Source of the DNA: an uncultured Candidatus Binatia bacterium | GTDB lineage: Bacteria > Desulfobacterota > Binatia > UBA9968 > JAJDTQ01 | Assembly: GCA_965242525.1 (NCBI GenBank) | Contig: OZ251459.1 | Span: 2,464,001 to 2,528,000 of the forward strand | Length of the DNA stretch: 64,000 nucleotides | Direction of reading: 5' to 3' | Shown here: positions 38,975-48,680 of the stretch, piece by piece | Position numbering within the stretch: position 1 is the first letter of the stretch | Layout of the letters: each line of letters begins with the position of its first letter | The notes under the pieces: model-generated | Told to the model about the DNA's origin: nothing | Seen by the model: only the letters and a program-made list of their open reading frames with translations | Database searches by the model: none | Translations under genes and position numbers: made by a program

Positions 38975-40498
38975 ATTCTTGAATACGGCCAGCAGGTCGG
39001 AGACGCCCACCGCAAGTCCTTCGGGCAGTTCTTCACGCATCCGAAGGTCGCCGAGTTCATGGTGCGCTGGGTTCTGGGTTCAGGCGGCAAAACGCTTTTC
39101 GATCCCGCCTTCGGGCTTGGGGCGTTTCGAGCAGCGCTGCCTTCCGGGGCAGGCGTCGGGTTCTCCGGATTCGAGCTCGATCCCGACATCATCCGGTTCT
39201 GGGAGAAAAGGACAGGCGAGAGCGCTCACTTCGTCGCCATGAGGGACTATCTGTTGTCCTGGGGTCAACGTCATGCCAACATCGTCTGCAACCCGCCCTA
39301 CATGCGCTTTCAGAAGTTCCTGAATCGCGAGGCGGTCTTCCCGGAGTTTCAGCGCCGCCTGGGGATCGGGCTTTCCGGCTACACGAACATCGCGTCAGCG
39401 TTTCTCCTGAAGTCGATGTCAGAACTCGGTAGTCGGGGAAGACTGGCCTACATCATGCCTTTGGAGTTCCTGAATACCGGCTACGGAGCGACGGTCAAGC
39501 GGCGGTTGGTGGAGTCGGGTCACCTGTTCGCGATGCTTCGTTTCGATTGCGAAAAGGAGGTTTTCCCGGACGCGACGACCTCGGTAGGCGTGGTCCTCTA
39601 CGATAAAGGGGCCTCCTGCTCGTCCGTCCGATTCTACACGCTGGGAAGTATCGCTGACCTGGATGCGTTCGACCGGATGGCGCCGGTTACCGAGGTTCCC
39701 TGCGAGGAACTGGACCCGGAAGCCAAATGGTCCTCGTTGTTCCAGCGCCGGGAGTTCGAAGTGGATCGCGCGCGGATGGCGCCGCTCGCGTCCTTTGGCC
39801 GGTTCGTCAGGGGTATTGCCACGGGCGCAAACGAATTCTTCGTCCTTCGTCCGTCGGTAGCCAGGGAAAGGGGCATCGCTCCGGGTTTCGAGTGCGTTCC
39901 CTGCATCACCAGGAGCGCCCAGGTTCGCAGACCTGTGTTCGACACCGCGGACTACGATGCCCTGTACGAGTCGGACGGGCCGGTTCTGCTGTTTTCCGCT
40001 GGCGGTTCCCTCTCCCGGGCGGCGGCGGAGTACGTCCATTTCGGCGAGCGGTCAGGATTCGACGGCCGCTTTCTGACGAGAAACCGAAAGCCCTGGTACA
40101 GGACGGAAAGCAGAAGCCCTTCGCCGCTTCTGCTGGGCGTTTTCTCAAGAGGGGGGTACAAGATCGTCCTGAACCGCAGCCACGCCCTGAACCTGACCTG
40201 TTTCCACGGTTTTCAACCCAACCTGTTCGGCCACCGGTACGTCGAACACCTGTTCCTGTATTTCTCCTCCGAGACCGGAAGGCGGATCGTTTCGCTCTTC
40301 ATGCGCAAGTACGGCGACTCTCTGGACAAGTTCGAACCCAACGACCTGAACCAGTCCCTGGTTCCCGCGCCGGACTTCTTCGCTGCGATCCCCGCAGCGC
40401 AAGTAACGGAGGCGGTGGCGGTTGCGCGGAAGACAGGGCAACTCCCGCAATGGGTCGAAGGCGTCTTTGCGCCGTTGGCGACACGCTCCGCCATTTGA
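38972..40498 (+). CDS. N6-adenine DNA methyltransferase, gamma class (M.AccI-like), orphan
   Basis: HRKSFGQFFT, FDPAFGLGAF, CNPPY, EFLNTGYG, VRGIATG, KFEPNDLN; motif string resembles M.AccI as recalled, not searched. Confidence 0.88.
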   Translation: MILEYGQQVGDAHRKSFGQFFTHPKVAEFMVRWVLGSGGKTLFDPAFGLGAFRAALPSGAGVGFSGFELDPDIIRFWEKRTGESAHFVAMRDYLLSWGQRHANIVCNPPYMRFQKFLNREAVFPEFQRRLGIGLSGYTNIASAFLLKSMSELGSRGRLAYIMPLEFLNTGYGATVKRRLVESGHLFAMLRFDCEKEVFPDATTSVGVVLYDKGASCSSVRFYTLGSIADLDAFDRMAPVTEVPCEELDPEAKWSSLFQRREFEVDRARMAPLASFGRFVRGIATGANEFFVLRPSVARERGIAPGFECVPCITRSAQVRRPVFDTADYDALYESDGPVLLFSAGGSLSRAAAEYVHFGERSGFDGRFLTRNRKPWYRTESRSPSPLLLGVFSRGGYKIVLNRSHALNLTCFHGFQPNLFGHRYVEHLFLYFSSETGRRIVSLFMRKYGDSLDKFEPNDLNQSLVPAPDFFAAIPAAQVTEAVAVARKTGQLPQWVEGVFAPLATRSAI

Positions 40499-40511
40499 GG
40501 GGAATCTCCCC

Positions 40512-40541
40512 TTGACACGCGCCGGGATTTGTGTGTAGATG
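40512..40541 (+). promoter_or_regulatory. Putative sigma70 promoter of the adhesin leader
   Basis: TTGACA at 40512; TG-rich run then TAGATG 18 bp downstream. Confidence 0.5.
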
Positions 40542-40644
40542 CTCCCGGCAAGCTCAGGTCGGTTGACCGTAACCCGACCGGAACCCATGGCAGGTTCGAA
40601 GATCACTCCCGCAGAAGACCGTAGGACTCTCCACGAGAGGCAAC

Positions 40645-40678
<34 letters not shown>

Positions 40679-41032
40679 ATTTCCCGGAAACCTCCTGACT
40701 GTTCGACCTGTAAGGGTTTTCTTACCCCTTTCCATCCCATCCATCTGCCGGGCCGCTCCTTCCCGGCCCTCGTCTTGCTCCGTTCCGAAACCGGACTCCA
40801 TCCGACCTCGGGTTCCGCGCCCCGGTCCCGGCGCCGAACCCGGGCCGGACCTCTGTATTCCTTTGTCAAGGACGCCTTTCGCGACAACATACGACGGAGG
40901 TGACGCCATGAACGAAATCAGGAGGCGTCGCCGTTCGTTGGAGCCGGAGAATCGTGGCTGGCAGTAACGGAAAGAGACTCGCTTCATGCAGAGGTCTCGA
41001 ACAAACACAGGTGTTCCGAAAAGGAGGAAACC

Positions 41033-42688
41033 ATGAATCCAAAGCACATGACGAATGATTCCGACCGCGTAGCCCCTGACCGCCGCATCCACCTCCCAAC
41101 TCCAACCCCCGTGCGGCCTCGCCGGCGCATTGCCGCGGGTGTCCTGTCCCTCCTGCTCGGCCTCTCCTGCTTCGCCGCCTCTCCGGCCTGGGCGGTCAAG
41201 CTCGGATCGGGCGCCAATGACACGTACACTGTCCCGGAATTCGCCGACGTCCGCGCCTACCTTGCAGCTTCAGTTGAGGATCGCGATGGCTATATCGACG
41301 TCAAGATCAAACATTCAAGCTCAGGCACAGAATACACCTACACCCTTAAGCGGAGGCACCTGGATGCGTTCCATAAGGACTACACCCTGACAGACGAAAA
41401 ACTGATCAAGCGGTATCGTAATGCTGCGGATTATAATGCCGACCCGACACGCGCTAACCGACTCTATGCCTACCTTGAGAACAAGGACAAGGTGTACCGT
41501 GTCAACGACCTCGAAATACGTAACAGGGACCCCTCCACCCTGAATGACCGCAACCTTCCAGACCCTGTAGAGGAGACCCCTGGAAATAATACGGCCATCG
41601 GCGTTGACGCCAGCGCAACAGAGTACAGAGCCATCGCCATCGGCCATAACGCCAGCGCAACGAACCGCGGCGCCATCGCCATCGGTCATCTATCCCAATC
41701 CTCCGGTTGGAAGTCCATTGCCATAGGCTCAGAAGCCAACGCCAGCGGTGGGATTGCAATGGGAAGGAACGCCCGATCCCGTGGGCACGGCATCGCCTTG
41801 GGCCGGTACGCTGACTCTGATGGCGGTGTGTCGTTGGGCAACAGGGCTACCACAGGGCAGTTCGCCACGGCATTGGGAGGCTATTCCAGGGCCACCGCCG
41901 CAGGCGGCGTCGCTGTGGGCGTAGGCGCTAGGGCTGAGGGCCTGAACAGTATCGCCCTGGGCCGGGGCGCGTCCGTTACCGGGACCAGGGGCATCGCCAT
42001 CGGTTCGGGAGTCTCGGCCGTACAGAACGAGGTGGTCATCGGCGGCGCCAAGGGACAACATACCTACAAGTTGCCGGGCTTGGTCAAGACCACCCACACT
42101 TCAGGGACCCGGGTGGTGACCGTGGACAGCCAGGGGCGGCTCTCCACGCAGGCCGCAACCTCTTCCCCTGCCTCCCCTTCCCGGGGCGCCTCCCTGCGGG
42201 GCGGCGCAGTGCTTTCCTCCGAGGTGACCCCCCTGAACCGGGACCTCGGGACCCGGACGGACGCTGCCGACTACGAGAAGGCCCCGGCCATCGGTTCGGG
42301 TCCCGAGGCGCCGGAAACCGCAGAACAGCGCCGGGTGGTGGTGCAGGACACCAACCGGGACGGGTCGGTGCGCCTGCGCACCCTGGACTTCGGTGACCTG
42401 ACGGGGGTAGACCGGCGGTTGGCGGGAGTGGAGCAGCGAGTGACCTCGCTCAGCGACCGGTTGAACAAGGCCACTGCCATGTCGGCGGCCTTGAGCGCGT
42501 TGCCCAACGTGGTGCCGGGGGACAACCGGTTCTTCCTCGGAGTGGGCGCGGGCCACTACAGCAGCGAGCAGGCCCTGGCCATCGGCATGAGCGCCCGGGT
42601 CGGGCGCCACGTGTTCGTGAACGCGGGCGCAGCCCTTGCCAGCGGCGACGACGCGAGCGTTCGCGGCGGCGTGGGCGTAGTCTGGTAG
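41033..42688 (+). CDS. Trimeric autotransporter adhesin (YadA-like)
   Basis: Long signal peptide (..SPAWA), head repeats (AIAIGHNASA, SIALGRGASV), coiled stalk, anchor AMSAALSALP...GVGAGHY...GGVGVVW; AAGGAGG RBS. Confidence 0.92.
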   Translation: MNPKHMTNDSDRVAPDRRIHLPTPTPVRPRRRIAAGVLSLLLGLSCFAASPAWAVKLGSGANDTYTVPEFADVRAYLAASVEDRDGYIDVKIKHSSSGTEYTYTLKRRHLDAFHKDYTLTDEKLIKRYRNAADYNADPTRANRLYAYLENKDKVYRVNDLEIRNRDPSTLNDRNLPDPVEETPGNNTAIGVDASATEYRAIAIGHNASATNRGAIAIGHLSQSSGWKSIAIGSEANASGGIAMGRNARSRGHGIALGRYADSDGGVSLGNRATTGQFATALGGYSRATAAGGVAVGVGARAEGLNSIALGRGASVTGTRGIAIGSGVSAVQNEVVIGGAKGQHTYKLPGLVKTTHTSGTRVVTVDSQGRLSTQAATSSPASPSRGASLRGGAVLSSEVTPLNRDLGTRTDAADYEKAPAIGSGPEAPETAEQRRVVVQDTNRDGSVRLRTLDFGDLTGVDRRLAGVEQRVTSLSDRLNKATAMSAALSALPNVVPGDNRFFLGVGAGHYSSEQALAIGMSARVGRHVFVNAGAALASGDDASVRGGVGVVW

Positions 42689-42853
42689 TCAGGATGAAGC
42701 GTTCCTATGACCTGTGCAGGGTCGTTCGGTCATATATCCGGTCCGCCAGAGTCAAGATCTTGTCCAGCATGGCCGGTTTCCGTCGCCAACCCCAGGAGGC
42801 GCCCGCGGAAACGGTCGGTGCTCATGCTGCGTTTCCCTTCCGGGATCGGGTGC

Positions 42854-43042
42854 TCAGGCCCGGCCGGCTGTTCGTTCGATGAGGACCCGGAGCGCTTCCA
42901 TCGCTTCCCTGTGCCTAGCGTCTTCGCGCTTCTCGCGCTGGTCTCCGGCCCGGCGCATCTGCCGGATGCCGAGCCATATGGAGCCTACGGCGAGGGCTCC
43001 GACTGCAAGTTGGCCGACAGCTATCCATTCCGTTGGCGTCAT
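42854..43042 (-). CDS. Small single-TM coiled-coil protein
   Basis: MTPTEWIAVGQLAVGALAVGSIWLGIRQM...; AAGGAG RBS; 62 aa. Confidence 0.6.
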   Translation of the reverse strand: MTPTEWIAVGQLAVGALAVGSIWLGIRQMRRAGDQREKREDARHREAMEALRVLIERTAGRA

Positions 43043-43329
43043 CGTGTTTCTCCTTTCCTTTCTCCGAGAGACAAGAATCCTCATGCTGCCGATGGTTGGA
43101 ATTGTCAAGTGTAACGCAACGCTTATCGCTCCGACGGTTTCAATTCCGTTCCTGTCCCTTCCCGGACTGTTCGGGGCCTGTACATATACAAGCAATTTAT
43201 ATGCCAACCTGGCGCACCTTGTCGTCGGGCGCCGGGTATGTCTGACTTCACGGGGTTGCTTGCCGCAGACGGGGGCGCGCCCGCGCCTTCCTTTCGATGG
43301 CTCAGGCTGGCGTCCCGTAGAGGCCGAGG

Positions 43330-43530
43330 CTATTGAGACGGGTCTGCTTGTTGAGGACGACGGATAGACGAAGGGGCTGTCAACCCTTCCAGTAAACCTT
43401 CCAGTCTTGCCATCCGCTCCCGGAGGTCGCCAATATCCCGTCGCATGGCGGCTTGACCGGGGAGAATCAACGCGGCGAGTCCCAAGCCGGTTCCGACGAT
43501 GGCGATCAAGGTGGCAATCAGTTCCGTCAT
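43330..43530 (-). CDS. Small single-TM coiled-coil protein
   Basis: MTELIATLIAIVGTGLGLAALIL...DIGDLRERMARLEGLLEG; 66 aa. Confidence 0.6.
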   Translation of the reverse strand: MTELIATLIAIVGTGLGLAALILPGQAAMRRDIGDLRERMARLEGLLEGLTAPSSIRRPQQADPSQ

Positions 43531-43646
43531 GTTGAGAGAATACACGGTGTGAGGGCTGGTGTCAAACAGGAACGGACTCCCTTACCCTGACCCTAAAACG
43601 CCTTCTTGATCCATCCTAAGCCGTTTTTGGCCGGCCAGTTCTCCAT

Positions 43647-45089
43647 CTACTGCAATGCCTCGATTAGCAACTCATTAGTGTCGAGATTCGGCTTTATGCT
43701 GCTTATCCTTTTTTTGACCTTAGACCCTATCGACAAGAACGCTTCCAAGTCAGCTTTGAGTTCAGCATCCGACATGGGTTCAACCGGATCCGTTCCGTCG
43801 TCCAAGGGCATGGGGGGCATTTTCAGTATTCCCTCCTTCCAAAGGAGATACATTAATCTATCTAATTTCTTTTTCTCTTCAGGAGTTACATCACGAACAA
43901 CAAGAGGGGTGCGGCTGCGTCTCCAGCGGCGCGGAAGCACGTGATCAACATTGGTCTCGATGGCCCACTCGTCCGCCCGCTTTTTCATCTGCTCTGGCTT
44001 GAGCCTCAGGATTTCGGCGGCGTGTTCGAGCGAGATGAGGTTTTTTTCGAACGCCTGCCGCACGAGATCCGATAGCCGACCCTCGACGAAGTGGTGCTCC
44101 GAGAGGCCGTCGGGTTCTCCCGAACGGCTCCAGTTCCACGCGAATTCGCTCTTCCTGATGGCTTCGGGTTCTTCGATCCTGCGAAGTGTCTTGCCGCGGT
44201 CGCTACGGTGCTGCCATTGGAATGTACGCCAGACCTCGGGCGTCTCACGCCCCGATTCTACCAACCGATGGAGCACGGTCTTGTAGCTAACATGGAAGAT
44301 CAGTTTGACCTTGAGGACGCGCTCCAGCAAGGAGAGTCCACCGGTCGCGTTCCACTCGTCCATGAATGCGGACTCCGGCATCAAGAACTCGCTTGCAAAG
44401 GCGTCGGCTTCCTGCTCCGGCTCCACTTCCATCTTGGTGGCGTCCCTTCGGTACTCGGAGGGGTGTAACAGCAGGTGGCCGAGTTCGTGTGCAGCAGTGA
44501 AGATCCAGCGTTCTACCGAGATCCGCTCCCAAGTATTGACCACCACCCCGGGGCCACCGTCGCCTTTCCCGACGCTTAGCCCGAAAAAGGAGTCTCGCCT
44601 GGTCTCCAGGAGCAGGAGCTTCACGCCGTTCTCTTCAAGCAACCTGCCGATGTTCCTTACCGGCTCCGCTGGCGTGAGGCCGGCCGCCCGGCGAGCGGCT
44701 TGCGCAACTTCCGAGGGGCTTCCGCCACTCGTCGAAGCATCTTCCAACCGGAAGGGAGTGTGGTCATCCAGTTTGGCTTCAAGCTCGGCGTAGGCTCCCA
44801 GCCACTTCGAGACTCTTGCCAGAATCCGTTCTCGGGCATTGACCTGGGTCTTGGCGCGGAACCGCACACCCTCCAGGGGTCGAACCGGTGTAACCAAGTC
44901 ACGAACCGGCACCGCCAACGCCTCTGCCAGATCATTGAGGGTTCGCGTCCGCGGGACGACCGCGCCCCGCTCGATCTTGCCGAGCGCCATCCGTGAGATA
45001 CAGGCCTTTACAGCAAGCTGATCCTGGGTCAGTTGCCGGTCCAGCCGGAGGCGGGCGACATTTGCAGCAATGCATCTCTCCGTTGTCAT
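43647..45089 (-). CDS. XRE-family HTH / ImmA-IrrE metallopeptidase fusion
   Basis: LTQDQLA...SRMALGKIERG HTH; VVVNT...ERWIFTAAHELGH (HExxH); EQEADAFASEFLMP. Confidence 0.9.
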   Translation of the reverse strand: MTTERCIAANVARLRLDRQLTQDQLAVKACISRMALGKIERGAVVPRTRTLNDLAEALAVPVRDLVTPVRPLEGVRFRAKTQVNARERILARVSKWLGAYAELEAKLDDHTPFRLEDASTSGGSPSEVAQAARRAAGLTPAEPVRNIGRLLEENGVKLLLLETRRDSFFGLSVGKGDGGPGVVVNTWERISVERWIFTAAHELGHLLLHPSEYRRDATKMEVEPEQEADAFASEFLMPESAFMDEWNATGGLSLLERVLKVKLIFHVSYKTVLHRLVESGRETPEVWRTFQWQHRSDRGKTLRRIEEPEAIRKSEFAWNWSRSGEPDGLSEHHFVEGRLSDLVRQAFEKNLISLEHAAEILRLKPEQMKKRADEWAIETNVDHVLPRRWRRSRTPLVVRDVTPEEKKKLDRLMYLLWKEGILKMPPMPLDDGTDPVEPMSDAELKADLEAFLSIGSKVKKRISSIKPNLDTNELLIEALQ

Positions 45090-45100
45090 GCAATTCTCTC

Positions 45101-45138
45101 TTGACAAAGCTACCATTTCTTGATAAGATCAAGAAATG
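45101..45138 (+). promoter_or_regulatory. sigma70 promoter with overlapping palindromic operator
   Basis: TTGACA(45101)-17-TAAGAT(45124); perfect IR CATTTCTTGAT-aag-ATCAAGAAATG at 45114-45138. Confidence 0.75.
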
Positions 45139-45233
45139 TAAGGTTTGCTAAGCTATGTCGGAAGCCCTCCGCTACCGGTCTGGGGGATGTCACACGAGGA
45201 CAGTGTACGGCTCGAAAGAGAGGAGGTCAACGG

Positions 45234-47254
45234 ATGAAGGCATTGAGCGCCCACGAAAGGCATCTGACTCTTGGGTATCTGGCAAACATCTCCCGGCGCG
45301 TACATGGGCCATCGGCCCATGGCATACGAGAATGGGTCGTCGAGCACCGAGACCTATTCGGGTTGTCGAGCGTCCCTGACGACTGGCCGCGGATGAGGAA
45401 GATCTTGGAGCACGCCCATGCCTCGACGGCTGGTGCCAGGATGGATCGGACCGCCAGGAGATTGCACCGTCTGGGTGTGGAGATGGACCTTTCACAGACG
45501 GATATTGCCATCTTGGACTTCCTGCTCCGTTACGAAACACAGCCAGTCCTTGAAGCCTTGGCAGACACGGTGGGAGGGGGTTCCCAGGGCACTGGAGCGC
45601 AGGCGCGAACAGCGCGCTCATCCCGGCCATCCTTGGCCTGCCGGCGTCAACGGTCAACCGGTGTCTTTCGCCAGAAGCGCCGCTCGTGAAGCAGGGCTTG
45701 GTGACTGTCGATCCCAAGGATGGGGATGCCAGTGTTTTGGGCCGGCTGAACCGACTTGTGTTTCTTCCTGGCCCCGCTGACGGCGACGTGAGGAGTATCC
45801 TGTTCGAGCCCGCACCTCCTGCCGAGCTGCGCTATGAGGACTTCGACCACATCGCGGACGATCGCGACCACGCGGCTAGGCTCCTCAAGGGGGCACTCGA
45901 AGCAGGCGAGGCCGGTATCCACCTACTGCTGTATGGACCGCCGGGCACTGGCAAGACCTCGCTGGCAGCCGCCTTGGCCGCACGCTTGCGGGTCCCTCTT
46001 TATGCCCTCGGCGAGACGGATGAGCACGGGCGGGAGCCGAATCGGGACGAACGCCTTGCGGAACTCCGTCTTGCTGGTCATCTGCTCGGACCTGGAAGGG
46101 ACGCGCTTCTCCTTGCTGATGAGGGGTTCGACGACTTGGCTCTGAACGGCTATGGCAGCAGCATGCCCTTCTTCGATGATGGCCTGTCCAAGCGACGGAC
46201 TGTTGGAAGCAAGGTGTTCGTGAACCGACTGATCGAGCGGGCGCCACTGCCGGTGATATGGTGTTCCAACGATGTGAGGAGTGCATCCCCGGCCGTCCTG
46301 GACCGTATCACCTTCTCCATTCGGCTCCAGAAACCCCCGGTTGAGGTGATGGCCGGGATGTGGCGCAAGCTGGGCCAGGAGAATCAAATCAACCTGGATC
46401 CTAGCCATGCTGTGTCGCTGGCCGGGGACTTCGATGTGTCCCCACGCGCTGCCGCCAGCTCCGTTACGGCCGCCCGACTCGGTGGCGGAGGCCTATCGAC
46501 CATCTGCAGGAACCTTGCCAGCGTCCAGCGCTTGGCAGGAGTCAAGCCGTCGCGAAGCGTGCCTGCTGGATGGTATGACCCGGCTCTGCTCGCGGCCGAC
46601 GAAGACGTCGTCCAACTCGCGGACCGGCTCGTCGAAACGGGTGAGCGGCAGTTCTCGCTGTTGCTGAGCGGGCCGCCTGGATCCGGGAAGAGCGGGTACG
46701 CCCGTTACCTCGCGGGCAGGCTCGGCATGAAGGTGATGGAACGAAGAGCCTCCGACCTCCTTGGGATGTACGTGGGACAGACCGAGCAAGCCATGGCGCT
46801 TATGTTCGAGGCCGCCTGCGACACCAAGTCGTTCTTGATCATCGACGAGATCGAGGGTCTGCTCTCGGATAGAGGCCGTGCCCGGTATTCCTGGGAGTTG
46901 ACTAGCGTGGATGAGATGTTGAGCTGGCTCGAGGGGCATCCCCAGCCGTTTGCTGCCACGACAAACTTGAGTTCATGGCTGGATCCCGCGACGCAGCGTC
47001 GCTTCACCTGGTGGGTAACGCTCGACTACCTGACCCGGGAACAGGTCGCTATGGCGTTCCACGGTTTCTTCGGCATGGAGGCGCCAGCCACGGTCCGGGA
47101 GTTGACGAACCTCACTCCTGGTGACTTCCAGGTGGTCAGCCGACGCGCCAAGGTGATGGGGGTCTTGGAGAACGCAAGCAGACTTGGGGAGATGTTGTCC
47201 AAGGAGTCCCAAGCTAAAGCTGACGCACCGAGGAAGATGGGCTTTGGGAGCTGA
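45234..47254 (+). pseudogene. Double-AAA+ ATPase split by a 1-nt frameshift near 45576 (pseudogene, phase variant or assembly error)
   Basis: AGGAGG RBS and ATG 45234; second frame open from 45554; GPPGTGKT/LLADE, GPPGSGKS/LIIDE, ATTN, RRF, C-terminal RKMGF. Confidence 0.75.
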
Positions 47255-47379
47255 AGCGCGTTCGTACTGGATTCGCGGTGTTTCGCGAAAGAGGCCTTTC
47301 AAGGGCCTCTCTCGCGTGCCTGAGACCAACCGATACGGTTTCATTCTACGCTTACCGGCTAGGTGCTCGACGGGGGAAG

Positions 47380-48201
47380 ATGATGAAGAAGATACTACTC
47401 AAGGACATTTGGCCAATCGACGAGGTTCAAGACCACAAAGTCCACTTCGCACGCTGGAACGGTGAGGACCAGCCCTTAGACGAATGGGTACGTGATCCGA
47501 CAGCATGGGTCGGCTGGCAGAGGTACCGTCCCCATCCAGATAAGGACGACTTCAACAGGGATTACATCTTCTCGCTTATGAGCTTTTACCACGAGACAGA
47601 CGTCTGGCTGTTTGGAGGGGTCTTCCGCGTGAAAGAGCGCCACAAGGATAGGTACGAGGTGGAGTTGACAGAAAGGGGCGGACAGTTCATCGGGAGACTC
47701 AAGCTCCGCTTTCACTATGTTGCAAGGAACCCAAGGCCGAATTTCGAGGGTAGCTACGACGAGTTTGAGGTGTCAGAAGTCCTCGCCGAGCCGTATTTCG
47801 GTCGAACGTTTCCCGGCTACGAAAGGGTGCATATCGATTTCCGAGAACTGGAGTCACTGGCGAAAATCGACCGGCCGGACTGGAAGGCGGCCCTTGCCAA
47901 CGTAAACGGCGTCTATCTCATCACCGACGAGAGCACAGGCAAGCGTTACGTTGGCTCCGCTTCCGGCGAGCAGGGTTTGTGGGGTAGATGGAAGACCTAC
48001 ATCGAGACGGGCCACGGTGGCAACCAGGGGATCAAGGAGGCGACCGGCGATAACAGCCAGGAATATGCGCGGCGCCACTTCGTGTTCACCTTGCTGGAGT
48101 TCTTTGCTTTCAGGACACCGGAAGAGGTCGTTAGAGGTCGCGAGACCTTCTGGAAACAGGTTTTGCTAACCCGCGGCAAATACGGCCTAAACGAAAATTA
48201 G
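47380..48201 (+). CDS. GIY-YIG nuclease family protein
   Basis: GVYLITDESTGKRYVGSASGEQGLWGRWKTY...RETFWKQVLLTR..GLNEN, with an N-terminal extra domain. Confidence 0.9.
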   Translation: MMKKILLKDIWPIDEVQDHKVHFARWNGEDQPLDEWVRDPTAWVGWQRYRPHPDKDDFNRDYIFSLMSFYHETDVWLFGGVFRVKERHKDRYEVELTERGGQFIGRLKLRFHYVARNPRPNFEGSYDEFEVSEVLAEPYFGRTFPGYERVHIDFRELESLAKIDRPDWKAALANVNGVYLITDESTGKRYVGSASGEQGLWGRWKTYIETGHGGNQGIKEATGDNSQEYARRHFVFTLLEFFAFRTPEEVVRGRETFWKQVLLTRGKYGLNEN

Positions 48202-48284
48202 CTGGCTCTTCATGATGGGGATCTTCCGGCTTTTGTGTAGGCAAGGCAGGAGGGAAAGGGGAGCGAAAAGGATCATGCGGTGAT

Positions 48285-48410
48285 GGATTCCCGCTTTCGC
48301 GGGAATGACGGGGGTGGGGCGCCTGCGGGAACGACCGGGCAGGCGTCTGCGGGAATGACGAGGATGGGGCGTCTGCGGAACGACGGGGCAGGCGCCTGCG
48401 GAGCGATGAC
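48285..48410. repeat. Family B end in reverse orientation (palindrome plus degenerate units); right island boundary
   Basis: GGATTCCCGCTTTCGCGGGAATGACG followed by four GGCG(C/T)CTGCGG..GAC units. Confidence 0.8.
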
Positions 48411-48544
48411 CGCGTGAATCTCCCCGCTGGACTTCCCCTTCCTTTCGCGCTAGGATACGGCCCTCTTTCCGGGAACGGGGCTCCGGGAGCGGTCAGGCAG
48501 GGCCGACCGACTCGACGTGCGGAGCCGCGGAAGGACGCGCGCTG

Positions 48545-48665
48545 CCGCTTGGATCCGGGTGTGCCGGACCGGGACGGACGAGACAGCCTGGATACTGAAG
48601 TCTCAGTATCGTCCCAGGCGGTGGCGGGATGGCCTTCCGGTTCGGTCCGGGAGGCTATTTTTGTT
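48545..48665 (+). promoter_or_regulatory. Structured panB leader (pan-motif-like) with terminator-like hairpin
   Basis: GCCTGG/CCAGGC stem enclosing GATACTGA-agtc-TCAGTATC; then GGCCTTCCGG..CCGGGAGGCT and a T tract before the RBS. Confidence 0.55.
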
Positions 48666-48680
48666 TGGAGGAGGTGGCCC

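Noticed and set aside
43178-43192. LexA-box-like CTGTACATATACAAG
   Set aside because: Does not fit CTG-N10-CAG, and the lineage's LexA motif is unknown
43579-43596. Telomere-like CCCTTA-CCCTGA-CCCTAA
   Set aside because: Only three imperfect hexamers; compatible with chance
47284-47316. Hairpin between the AAA and GIY-YIG genes as a terminator
   Set aside because: Strong stem but no U tract on either strand; left uncalled
47380-48201. This GIY-YIG gene as parent of the MITE remnants
   Set aside because: Its C-terminus (RETFWKQVLLTRGKYGLNEN) does not match the WNRAWKIELIEK-type remnant; different subfamily
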